IMG/VR virus record: IMGVR_UViG_3300043775_001731
Direction: 5' to 3' (one strand)
Origin: a virus
Length of the DNA: 64,000 nt
Under the pieces are notes generated by a model. That model was given only the letters and a program-made list of their open reading frames with translations. It did not search any database and had not been told where the DNA came from. Each line of letters begins with the position of its first letter. The first letter of the stretch is position 1. The translations under genes were made by a program, and so were the position numbers. Below, piece by piece: positions 18,382 through 27,717 of this stretch.

Positions 18382-18891
18382 TTGATTATGTATACTATTG
18401 TAAAGAAAAAGAGTGGTTCGGGTTGTGCATCCTCATTCTATAAACTCAAGGGAATGAAGAATAGGGGCTTCAAGGTATTCGATTCTAAAGAGAGTGCAGA
18501 CATTGCACACGCTAACCAGACTGAACTCTCTATGTATAATCTTGCCCCATATGTTTATAGTCAAGTCGGGCGTGTTCGTAGGAGTGATAAGAGTCTCAGC
18601 GGATGGGGCTTTATTACTGAAATCGCTGAACTAATCTGCTGTCCCGGTAATGGTTGTGAATGTTGTGATCGTGGAAGTATTATGTATGATTATGAAAATG
18701 AGATTGATAACCTAATCGGAAACATGGAAGATTGTGGATTTCATTTTGGTGACGATCATCCCGGTAATGTAGGATTTGTAATGCGTGGCGGTCTTCCCGT
18801 TATGGTATGTATTGATACTGGCGATGAAAGCGTTACCAGCGATAACTGTTATTGTATCACTTGCAGAAAGGGCGGTTGCTGCTATGAGTAA
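18382..18891 (+). CDS. protein kinase-like (APH/PKL fold) protein
   Basis: GFKVF, LAPYVY, GDDHPGNVG (catalytic loop-like), VCIDTG (DFG-like). Confidence 0.6.
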   Translation: MIMYTIVKKKSGSGCASSFYKLKGMKNRGFKVFDSKESADIAHANQTELSMYNLAPYVYSQVGRVRRSDKSLSGWGFITEIAELICCPGNGCECCDRGSIMYDYENEIDNLIGNMEDCGFHFGDDHPGNVGFVMRGGLPVMVCIDTGDESVTSDNCYCITCRKGGCCYE

Positions 18892-19111
18892 GTTTTATAT
18901 CAAGTCTAACACGTTGGAACTTATCTACTCTACGGATAAAAGTCCACTAGAGGCCGCTGTTGTAGCACTAGGGGAAACTAATAAGTTTGACGTACTAGAT
19001 GAACACTTTTATATAGATGAGCGTGGTATGAAAGATTATGCCACAGCAAAACCGGATACTATTGTTATTCCCACTAAACTAGTCGCCGCAGAAGCCGGTT
19101 GGACAATGTGA

Positions 19112-19193
19112 CGTAAACCCTTGCCGCCATTAGAGTTATGGTGAGCGGGGCCGGGGAGATTTGACGTAAATCCTTACAGAATATAGACTTAGG
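19112..19193. repeat. paired 29-bp dyad element F
   Basis: CGTAAACCCTT-gccgcca-TTAGAGTTATG (19112) and CGTAAATCCTT-acagaat-ATAGACTTAGG (19165). Confidence 0.85.
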
Positions 19194-19482
19194 ATCATTA
19201 AAGATAGAGTCTTGACTTGACCGATAGTTATGGTAGAGTACGTATATAGGAGAAACAGTTATGTATGTATGGAGAGTTTGGAAGAATAACCGGTTTGCGG
19301 GGTATGTAACGTCTGCAAGCCAGTTTGAAGCATATGTTAAGGCGACTGAGGAATATGGGCAAAATGTATGGGTTGAGAAGACTGCGGAATATAAGGTTGT
19401 CTTTGCCTAATCAGACAGATCATTTTCTCAGGGGTAGTCAGCCAGCCTAAAGTTTGTTGAACAGAATGCCGATAATCCTTAT

Positions 19483-19830
19483 ATGAAAAAGGAGAAAGGT
19501 ATCATGATTCAGTGGATTGGCGTGATTATCACGATTTGTGGATTGGTTTATACGGGCTTCAAGGATGTTCAATCTGGAAATATAAAAATCCCTCAAATAT
19601 CTAAAACTGAGGTCTTGACAAAGACGAACTATCCTATACAATACTGTCTGATGGCTTACGATCCTAATACTGACAAAGTTTACTATCAACACGAAAACGG
19701 AATATGGTATGATTACCCTCCACAACAACGACGATACTCGGCCACGCCGAAACGTGATCAAAATCAAGAAAGTTATGCCGTGGGAAATGCGGCAGGGACA
19801 TCAAGAACACAAGTATACGGTGTTCGATAA
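19483..19830 (+). CDS. membrane-anchored hypothetical protein
   Basis: N-terminal TM segment. Confidence 0.55.
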   Translation: MKKEKGIMIQWIGVIITICGLVYTGFKDVQSGNIKIPQISKTEVLTKTNYPIQYCLMAYDPNTDKVYYQHENGIWYDYPPQQRRYSATPKRDQNQESYAVGNAAGTSRTQVYGVR

Positions 19831-20029
19831 TCGTCCCAAGCGTCAACGTACTCGTAAGTCTATTGACAGGAGGTGGCGTGATGAGTATGATATGTGAACA
19901 GTGCGATAGTAATCGTATAGGTTACGACGCATGGGTAGACCAAGATGGTAACGTCATTGGTGGCCCGTATGATAACTGTCAGTGTATGGATTGTGGTTCC
20001 TCTAACGTCATTGAAGAAAGAGACATCTA

Positions 20030-20521
20030 ATGCCTAACTGGTGCATGAATAATCTGTATATTTCCCATAGCGATCCTGCGAAGTTGCAAGAGTTTGTTGA
20101 TGCCTATAACTCTGGCAAAACGTGTGAGCATTACTTGCCAGTTCCCGAAGGATATTATGAAGATGATGGGCCAAATCCGCGTTGGTATAACTGGTGTTGC
20201 AATAACTGGGGAACCAAGTGGGACTTTGGCAAGGATGAATACTACGATCCTGCTAAGATTGAAGATGGTAAGGTTATGGTGTCATTCAATACCGCATGGT
20301 CGCCCCCTATTCAGTTCTATGAAAAACTGGTAGAGTTGGATTATAATGTTCGTGCTACATACTTTGAGCCGGGAATGGCCTACTGTGGCATTTGGGATAA
20401 TGGTATTGACAACTATATTGAATATGGTGATATGGATAATAAGCAGGATATTATTCCTGTAGCACTGTGGAATGAGTATGGTATGGACGAGTTCTTTGAG
20501 ATGATGGAGGAGGATGTATGA
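20030..20521 (+). CDS. DUF1281/YubB ferredoxin-like domain protein
   Basis: MPNWC.N, WCCNNWGTKWD, FNTAWSPP, YFEPGMAYCG. Confidence 0.8.
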   Translation: MPNWCMNNLYISHSDPAKLQEFVDAYNSGKTCEHYLPVPEGYYEDDGPNPRWYNWCCNNWGTKWDFGKDEYYDPAKIEDGKVMVSFNTAWSPPIQFYEKLVELDYNVRATYFEPGMAYCGIWDNGIDNYIEYGDMDNKQDIIPVALWNEYGMDEFFEMMEEDV

Positions 20522-20928
20522 TCAAGGTACGCTATCATCTTCAGAAGGGTCAGTATTATAAGCACTGGCAGTTCAAAGATACTATAACTAAGAGGGTCTG
20601 GTATGTTCATCCAGAAGAGCAAATCATTGAACTCCATAACTGTGTTCTATATAACAACCGTAATGTAGCAAACAAGATTTATATGGGGGCTAATAAGGAT
20701 GTTTGTGCATGGATTAAGTTTAAGGATGGATTTAAATATGATGATTCATATATCCCCTCATATTCTACTCACCTAAAGTATGACCCTAGGAAACTCCCAT
20801 ACTGGCATACTTGGTCAGGAAGAAACATTGACGGTCTTGCATTTGACATCCTTCACCTTACATCAAAGGGTGTGTTCTATAATGAATGTAGGCAAGATAT
20901 TTTGAATCCTCTAAAGATTGCCCCTTGA
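20518..20928 (+). CDS. hypothetical phage protein
   Basis: coupled to the upstream gene. Confidence 0.6.
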   Translation: MIKVRYHLQKGQYYKHWQFKDTITKRVWYVHPEEQIIELHNCVLYNNRNVANKIYMGANKDVCAWIKFKDGFKYDDSYIPSYSTHLKYDPRKLPYWHTWSGRNIDGLAFDILHLTSKGVFYNECRQDILNPLKIAP

Positions 20929-20973
20929 CAAGCCGATAACACAGTGTAGAATGAGGGAGTAAGACAAAACAAA

Positions 20974-21260
20974 CATCCGTGGGTCCATGCGACGGGACTA
21001 GATTAGGATAAGCCATTACGATAAACCTACGGCTGTTACGCAGCGTGGGGTTGACAGCGGGCTTATACGCTGTATAGTAGTGCTAATCTATAAGGGATGG
21101 CATCCTCACCACGAGTCATACAACCAGTAATCGTTCCAAGAGCCAGACGGCATGAGTCATGAACTATGCCTAGGAAGGATTTCCGTGGGCGGTTTCCTCA
21201 GTTCCGTAAAAGGGTAGACTGATGGGTAATAGAATCGGGGCGTAAAAGATTCGCTGGTTT
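20974..21260 (+). ncRNA. candidate structured ncRNA with pseudoknot
   Basis: ORF-free region behind a promoter (20925-20952); nested helices and loop-upstream complementarity. Confidence 0.6.
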
Positions 21261-21999
21261 ATAATACAAAGGAAAAAAATGAGAATATCTAAGAAACAAA
21301 TAGCAGATGCTCTTAGTATTGATATTGATGATTTATCATTTCATGATATTGGTATTGCATTATTAAATATTGAGAATATACTTGATAGCGTTGCTGAAAA
21401 TCTTGATGATGATTTTGAATCTGCGGCTTTGGGTGATGCTTCTAACCTAATCCAAATGATAAGGAATGGATTGAATGACTGATAAAGAAAAAGCAATGCT
21501 GAAGGTGATGAAGGTTTTGAAAAGCCCTATGGTTGCGGCTTGTAAACCAATCAGAGAAGATGCCTTGACATTAGCAGCAGAGCATGGTATAACTGTGGAA
21601 GAGTTGATTGACTTTGCCTACAAAATAGCGATGAGTGTATGATGACTAACGAAATGGTACAATGTATCTGTGGTACAGTAATAGCAGTTGCTTTCCTTTA
21701 CTTTCAGTATAAGAATAGAAATCAATAATGGAATGGATTAGTTTTCATGGCCCTCGTCGCCCTGTTAATGGTCAAAAGATCATCTATTATGGTGAGGCCA
21801 TTGGTGTGTGGCGTGGTACATATAAGATAAACTATGATGATAAGTTTTGTATTCATAATATCTATTGTGGCGAAACTTGGGGAAATGTAGATTATATGGA
21901 TGCCCCGTGGTGGATGCCAGATTTAGGACAAGAGAAACCACAACCACCTAGCGAAGATTACCCTCCCGATTACCCTTGGATTACTAATAAGGAAAACAA

Positions 22000-22356
22000 A
22001 TGATTAACGTTGGCATGACGATTCGTGAGATGGTGAGCATTGCTACTTCAACCAATAGCCCCGATCTTTACGAGAGGATCATCAAGGCTCTGGAACTGGC
22101 TACTGGCAACGAGAAGTTGTTGGTTGGCTGTAACGGTGTCAGGTATGACACTCAGTATTGGGATCATAAGATCGCTGCCATCAAGGTTCTCCGATTTGCT
22201 ACCGGTTGGGGACTCAAGGAAAGTAAGGATTGGGTTGAAAGTTGTCAGCACGACGCTAAAACTAACTACTCTCCTCCTCTTGACCCAGCATCTGCACAAA
22301 AACTGTGCGACGAACTCAAGAAGTGTGGTATGGATTGCTGGACCACTAACTCTTGA
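22000..22356 (+). CDS. protein with ribosomal bL12 C-terminal-domain-like region
   Basis: KIAAIKVLRFATGWGLKESKDWVES. Confidence 0.75.
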   Translation: MINVGMTIREMVSIATSTNSPDLYERIIKALELATGNEKLLVGCNGVRYDTQYWDHKIAAIKVLRFATGWGLKESKDWVESCQHDAKTNYSPPLDPASAQKLCDELKKCGMDCWTTNS

Positions 22357-22363
22357 AGCTCGC

Positions 22364-22445
22364 CTTAAGTCCTTATCCCACAAGGATTTAGGACCAAGGG
22401 GGCGGGCCGCGTTCGTCGTAAGTCCTTACCCACCAAAGACTTATG
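22364..22445. repeat. paired 29-bp dyad element G
   Basis: CTTAAGTCCTT-atcccac-AAGGATTTAGG (22364) and CGTAAGTCCTT-acccacc-AAAGACTTATG (22417). Confidence 0.9.
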
Positions 22446-22550
22446 ACCAATAAAAATTTTTTTCAAGATTCCGCTTGACAGAGCCGATAATACATGTATA
22501 ATGATTAGAGTAACGGGTTGATAACACTAACTTGATAAGAGGAGATTATT

Positions 22551-22820
22551 ATGCAGAAGTTTACGTTTGTTGTTGATATTGTGACCGATTCGCCGGTTGG
22601 TATTGAGCCGCAGGCTGTTCGTGATACGCTTCTGGCGTCTGTCGATGGCATCGGCAATATCGCCGCTGTTCATCCTGTCAAGAGCGAGACTCTCAAGGAA
22701 CAGGGTTTCAAGGTTTGGCGGGCAAGGGTTGCTGGTATCAAGGAACCGGCCAAGGTCAAGGTTCCCAAGGCTCCCAAGGCCAAGAAGGTCGAAGCGGAAG
22801 TTGCTACGGCTACCGCTTGA
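22551..22820 (+). CDS. small protein with Lys/Ala/Pro-rich tail
   Basis: promoter at 22475, GAGGAG RBS, KVKVPKAPKAKK. Confidence 0.7.
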   Translation: MQKFTFVVDIVTDSPVGIEPQAVRDTLLASVDGIGNIAAVHPVKSETLKEQGFKVWRARVAGIKEPAKVKVPKAPKAKKVEAEVATATA

Positions 22821-22911
22821 TTTTCTAAAGACGTTACGCTAGAATGTCGATACTAGGTGAAGTAGTAGTAACCTAGTATCCATTCTGGCAACCACTAACT
22901 AGGAGTTTACA

Positions 22912-23268
22912 ATGGGTTTGGATCAGTGGGCATTTGCTGTTGACAACAATGGAGAGAAGGAAGAACTCGCTTGCTGGCGTAAGCATCCTAATCTTCAAGG
23001 TTGGATGGAGAATCTGTGGGAAAGTAAGGGTCGCCCTAATGCCCACGAAAATGATGACTCTTTCAACTGTGTTGAACTTGAACTTACTAAAGAAGATCTG
23101 GATAGTCTAGAGCAGGATGTTACTAATGCTAGTCTGCCAGACACCGTAGGATTTTTCTTTGGTAGTAATAGTGATGATATCTATGGTCAACAGGACTTGG
23201 AGTTTGTCAAGAAAGCCAGAGAGGCACTTGACAGCGGACTAACGGTAGTGTATGATAGTTGGTGGTGA
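22912..23268 (+). CDS. conserved-looking phage hypothetical protein
   Basis: MGLDQW...WRKHPNLQGWM...YDSWW. Confidence 0.7.
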   Translation: MGLDQWAFAVDNNGEKEELACWRKHPNLQGWMENLWESKGRPNAHENDDSFNCVELELTKEDLDSLEQDVTNASLPDTVGFFFGSNSDDIYGQQDLEFVKKAREALDSGLTVVYDSWW

Positions 23269-23715
23269 CATTACGATAACAATGAGGAACGACATGAAGA
23301 TTCTTGGATTGAATGATGAGACTGATGCGGGCAAGGTTGTGCGTATTAGTCGTGATGGTGTGACGTTTGAGAAGAACGGTGCAAGGGTTGTGTTGACCCT
23401 CACTGAAGTTGAGTCGATGGTTTTTTCTAACTAAGGGAGAGATGATGTCTAATAACTTTGCTAGTCTGCGTAAGGATCGTCATATCAAGTGTAAGTATCC
23501 TCTGCACGGTACTAAGAACGTGCTGAAGTTCCACACTGGTCGTGTTCTGCGTGTTGGTACTGGCCCCAATGGCAAGTATGCTGTTGTTCGTGCTATGGAT
23601 AACACTGTGCGAACCCTGCTTTGCGATAAGATGTTGGAAACGAAATGCTATCGGTGATTCTCCCTTGAGTGTACGGGTGGCGTATGGTACAATGCTATGC
23701 GTCACCCGTATCTAT

Positions 23716-23791
23716 GGGGCGTAAGGTAAGCCGGTTGCATCCGACACTCTTATAAGGTGTTCATAGGTAGGTTCGACTCCTACACGCCCTA
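23716..23791 (+). tRNA. tRNA-Ile(UAU)
   Basis: ACACT-CTTATAA-GGTGT anticodon arm; GTTCGACT T-loop; GGGGCGT/ACGCCCT acceptor; atypical D-arm. Confidence 0.8.
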
Positions 23792-24344
23792 TTGTGTTGT
23801 TATCATCACACTAGGGAGGTTTCTTGATAGAACTAATGATTATGATATTCGTTTGGAGTATGCTGTTTACAGAAGAATAAATAGGACGTTGTTTGAATAC
23901 TAAAAGTCAACACGCCCCCAACCATTTAGGAGATAGTATATTATGAACGAGAAAGTAGCCACTTATGTTATGGATGATGTACAGTATGATATTTATGCGT
24001 GTTATGATTCTTGGGCTGATATGGATACTCGTAATGTATCTTTCTATGACGTTTACAACCAGAAAACGGGAGCGTGTGTAAACGAGGGAGATCCTTTCTA
24101 CGAGTTTCCAACGTGGGATGATATTTTCAACAACTACTACTCAAAGGTGTAATATGTACCATTACGTTACTGTCTGTGTTATTATGCGTGATTGTGAAAA
24201 TGAAAAGGATGCTTTAGAAAAATGCTCTAGACTCCTACCATATGATCCCGATATAAATACTAGGCATATGGAGTCGTGGGAGATAACAGAAGTATACGAA
24301 ACTGCTACTGGTAAAACATACATAGAAACTCAGGAGTGCTAATC

Positions 24345-24806
24345 ATGGGTATGGGTAGTTATGCGGTAAGTAGTTATGTTATTCCATACGATGAACTGAA
24401 AAAGATTTGTCCAGATGAAATAGCGGCTATTGAAAAGGAAAAGTATTTTGATTCTGTGGGTTGGAATAGTATTGGATGTTGGATGTCGTGGAGCGATCCC
24501 GATCAGTTCAAAGAGAATATCTTAGAATCTTTGGATAATCCAGAAAGCGAAGATAGCGAAAAGATTGCAGAGGAAATGGTTAAGGTGTATGACAATCATA
24601 TTATCAATCTTACAAAGGCTTTCAACGAAAAAACTGGATTGACTTTATACTTTGATAATTACGATGAAGATCAAGGCGATAGATATGATGAGCCGGGAGA
24701 TGAAGATGGTTGTATATTCTGCGTAAGTGGTATGGTACAACTTAGTCCTGCTGGCGAGAAATATAAAGATATTATTACTGAGCGTAGATGGACTCAGTTT
24801 GGATAA
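24345..24806 (+). CDS. acidic hypothetical protein
   Basis: AGGAG RBS. Confidence 0.65.
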   Translation: MGMGSYAVSSYVIPYDELKKICPDEIAAIEKEKYFDSVGWNSIGCWMSWSDPDQFKENILESLDNPESEDSEKIAEEMVKVYDNHIINLTKAFNEKTGLTLYFDNYDEDQGDRYDEPGDEDGCIFCVSGMVQLSPAGEKYKDIITERRWTQFG

Positions 24807-24835
24807 TGCTTGGGAAGACTAGCACCGTGATTCGC

Positions 24836-24917
24836 TCTAAGTCCTTTAGCCACAAGGATTTAGGGCGAACGCGGCCCGCCCCGCTTATCGTAAGTCCTTA
24901 TCTATCAACAACTTACG
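24836..24917. repeat. paired 29-bp dyad element H (linker inverted relative to G)
   Basis: TCTAAGTCCTT-tagccac-AAGGATTTAGG (24836) and CGTAAGTCCTT-atctatc-AACAACTTACG (24889). Confidence 0.9.
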
Positions 24918-25270
24918 TCAAAAAGAAAAAACTAATGCTGACCCCTTGACCACGCCGATATCTATGGTATGATGGTTGAAAAGGAGACAGTTATGGTTGC
25001 TGCGGTTTACGATACTTCGTGCGATGCTTTCTGCAAGAACTGCGGGCGTCAGTTTGTGCTGATGTTCAATGAGAGTGATATGTACGATTGGCTGAGTGGT
25101 GCATTTGCTATTCAAGATGCCCTGCACTATCTTTCTATGAATGAACGTGAACTACTGTTGAGCGGAATCTGCGGACAATGTTTCGATGAAATGTTTCCGC
25201 CAGACCTTGACAACGACGAGTGATCCTGTATAATACGAGAAGTTGATAACCCACTACTAGGAGATTGATA

Positions 25271-26467
25271 ATGAGTTACGATAAGTTGACGATTCAGAGC
25301 AAGCCGAGCGAAGGCGATTTTGTTCGTACTCTCACTGGTGCTACTGGCACTGGTTTTGAGAAGGGTACGCATGTTCACAAGGATTGGTGGGCAAAGACCA
25401 AGACCTACGAACAGGTCATGCAGGATGCCAACGTCGCTATTGAGAACCGTGAGGATATTCTGACTGAGCGTAAGAACATTACCTGTGTTGGTAATGATAA
25501 AGGATTCTTTTTGAAGTTGAACGATGGACGAGAGTTTCGCCCTACGGACCACGCCATTGAACAGTTTAGCGTTCGCGTGGGTGTTACCTCGTCCTCGTTC
25601 CTTCGTGAGATGCGTAATATCGAAGATTTCGACCTTGCCGATGCTGACACGATGGCATACGTTGGCAACAATGCTCTGCGTCGAATCGAAGCCGATAAGA
25701 AGTTCCGACTCCGTACATATACGGATGGTACTTGCCGTGCGTTCGTGACTGAGCAATATGCTCCTGTTGATAACCGCTGGTATCTGGAAACCCTGTCGGA
25801 GTTTGTTCCCGGCGGTCGTTTCAGTCACTGGCGTGGCGATGAGGATACTATCTATGGTAATATCCTTATCCCCGATACTATCATGGACTACGGTGCTGAC
25901 GATAGTGATTATGGTGGAATGATTAGTGTGGGCAACTGTGAAATCGGCACTCGCCGCATTAGCCAGACGCCTAGCCTTTTTCGTGCCATCTGTATGAACG
26001 GTTGCATCTGGGGTCAGACTAAGGGTGAGAAGATTCGCCGCGTTCACCGTGGCAATATCGACCTCGCTGTTCTGAAAACGGAAATCGCTCATAATATCCA
26101 AGATCAGATTCCGCTTCTTGCTCCCGGTATCAAGCAGTTTCTGGCTACCCGAGCCTTGGAAACTGGCAAGGCTAGCGTGAAGGGTGTCGTGGCTACGGTA
26201 TCGTCGGATTACAAACTGAGCAAGCGTGAAGCAACTGAGTTTCTTGAGCAGTATATTACTATGGAATCTGGAGAGCGTAATCTCTTTGGTATTATCAATG
26301 GTCTGACCCGTGCGGGACAGAAGTTTGATAATAAGACTTGGGTGAAGTTCGATGAAATCGCTGGCAGTCTGTTGGATACTTCCGCAGACCGCTGGGCAAC
26401 GATCCTGCGTCGTGCTGATACTTTCACCGACAAGGATTACGAAAAGGTTTTCGCTCTTACCGCTTAG
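25271..26467 (+). CDS. DUF932-like protein
   Basis: RAFVTEQYAPVDN, ISVGNCEIG, LFRAICMNGCIWG, RRVHRG, NLFGIINGLT. Confidence 0.75.
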   Translation: MSYDKLTIQSKPSEGDFVRTLTGATGTGFEKGTHVHKDWWAKTKTYEQVMQDANVAIENREDILTERKNITCVGNDKGFFLKLNDGREFRPTDHAIEQFSVRVGVTSSSFLREMRNIEDFDLADADTMAYVGNNALRRIEADKKFRLRTYTDGTCRAFVTEQYAPVDNRWYLETLSEFVPGGRFSHWRGDEDTIYGNILIPDTIMDYGADDSDYGGMISVGNCEIGTRRISQTPSLFRAICMNGCIWGQTKGEKIRRVHRGNIDLAVLKTEIAHNIQDQIPLLAPGIKQFLATRALETGKASVKGVVATVSSDYKLSKREATEFLEQYITMESGERNLFGIINGLTRAGQKFDNKTWVKFDEIAGSLLDTSADRWATILRRADTFTDKDYEKVFALTA

Positions 26468-26469
26468 TT

Positions 26470-26516
26470 AGTGGGAGGGTTGGGGTTGGGGGGAAACCCC
26501 CTTCCCCACTCTCACT
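26470..26516 (+). terminator. long GC-rich hairpin after the DUF932 gene
   Basis: AGTGGGAG...GGGG-GGAA-ACCCCC...CTCTCACT. Confidence 0.55.
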
Positions 26517-26530
26517 GACTCCTGACTCGT

Positions 26531-26662
26531 CGTAAGTCCTTTAGCAGCAAGGGTTTAGGGCGACCGGGGCCGGGGCGATCATTCATAAGTCTTTTATTTC
26601 CAAGTACTTACGTCAAGTCTAATAGTAAGACAACGTAAGTCGTTTGTTCTCAAGTACTTGTG
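26531..26662. repeat. triple 29-bp dyad element I
   Basis: dyads at 26531, 26584 (+53) and 26634 (+50). Confidence 0.85.
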
Positions 26663-27279
26663 TCGAGTGTGTCGATATGGTACAATGGGGTAGTGTGTCT
26701 TTGGTAAGATGCACAGGATAGATAAGATAGGGCAAATATATAAGCTGGGCAAATGGGGGTGTACTTCCCCAAATATTGAGATCAACATATTGCAATACAG
26801 TCAGCGAGATTTAACCAAGGAGATAATATATGGCAAAGATTAAAAAAGAAAACGTTGAAGAGACTACGGTGAAGAAGAGTAATTATGGATATACACCATG
26901 TGACTTTATATTTGAATACGTAGAGAAGCCCACTGATTATATATTCTCAAAGTGCTTTAATGTATTTGATGATAAGTGGCGCGTTAATCTATATAGTAAG
27001 CGTTATGTTGAGGGTATTGAAGGTAAGTATATCAGCAATAGTTATTTTGTCAAGTTCAATTCTGATAATAATAAAATATCTATTGTATCACCTTAATTAA
27101 TAAGATCGCCAGAGTAGCCATAGTCAGTGAGATTTGCTTTTCTACTTATAAATATACTAATAGTATATGCGTAGAAACTTTTTTAAAGTTGACAAACCAT
27201 GGCAGACGATGTATACTGGCGTGTATCACTCAATTCTTTAAGATCGCCAAGGTAGCTATAGTCAGTGAAGGAGACAAAA

Positions 27280-27717
27280 ATGAAAGTCAAGCGTGGACAG
27301 AAATTATGTAAGAGTTGTAATGGTATTAATGGTGCTAGGTCACGTACCTGTAAGCATTGTAATACACCATTCAATATCGTGGCTACTTCTAAAAGTAAGA
27401 AGCCAACTAAGGTTAAGAAGGTAAAGAAGTTTGAGGAAATTGAAGATTGGAAGTCTTTAACTACTGGTGATCGTATTAAGGTCATTGGACGATCTGGTAA
27501 TTATTATATAGGTGAGAATGGTGATAAGCAGTACATGACTGATGCTGGTATATATACTGTTAAGAATAAAGACACTAATGGCTTGATTGTTTACGCTAAT
27601 GATGGTGGCTTTGGGTATATATATATGGGACCAGAGATCAAGTCTGATACTATTCCAAACATGTATCGTAGCCCACATAAGATAGTAAAGACCAATATTC
27701 CTGTTCATGCAAAATAG
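27280..27717 (+). CDS. zinc-ribbon hypothetical protein
   Basis: CKSC...CKHC; AAGGAG RBS. Confidence 0.65.
   Translation: MKVKRGQKLCKSCNGINGARSRTCKHCNTPFNIVATSKSKKPTKVKKVKKFEEIEDWKSLTTGDRIKVIGRSGNYYIGENGDKQYMTDAGIYTVKNKDTNGLIVYANDGGFGYIYMGPEIKSDTIPNMYRSPHKIVKTNIPVHAK

Noticed and set aside
21219-21240. Hammerhead ribozyme core within the ncRNA candidate
   Set aside because: The sequence is CTGATGG rather than CUGANGA, and there is no matching GAAA/NUH arrangement.
25127-26101. Long antisense ORFs (also 512..1150, 17358..17948, 48282..48866)
   Set aside because: Shadows of well-supported genes on the opposite strand, with no recognisable motifs.
11255-26662. Dyad repeats as a CRISPR array
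   Set aside because: Units are degenerate, occur in pairs with a conserved 24-bp linker and are separated by kilobases of genes; no cas genes are present.
11255-26662. Dyads as canonical dif/pdif or integron attC sites
   Set aside because: The geometry is 11-7-11 without the XerD arm TTATGTTAAAT, there are no consistent RYYYAAC/GTTRRRY ends, spacers vary, and no recombinase is in the window.
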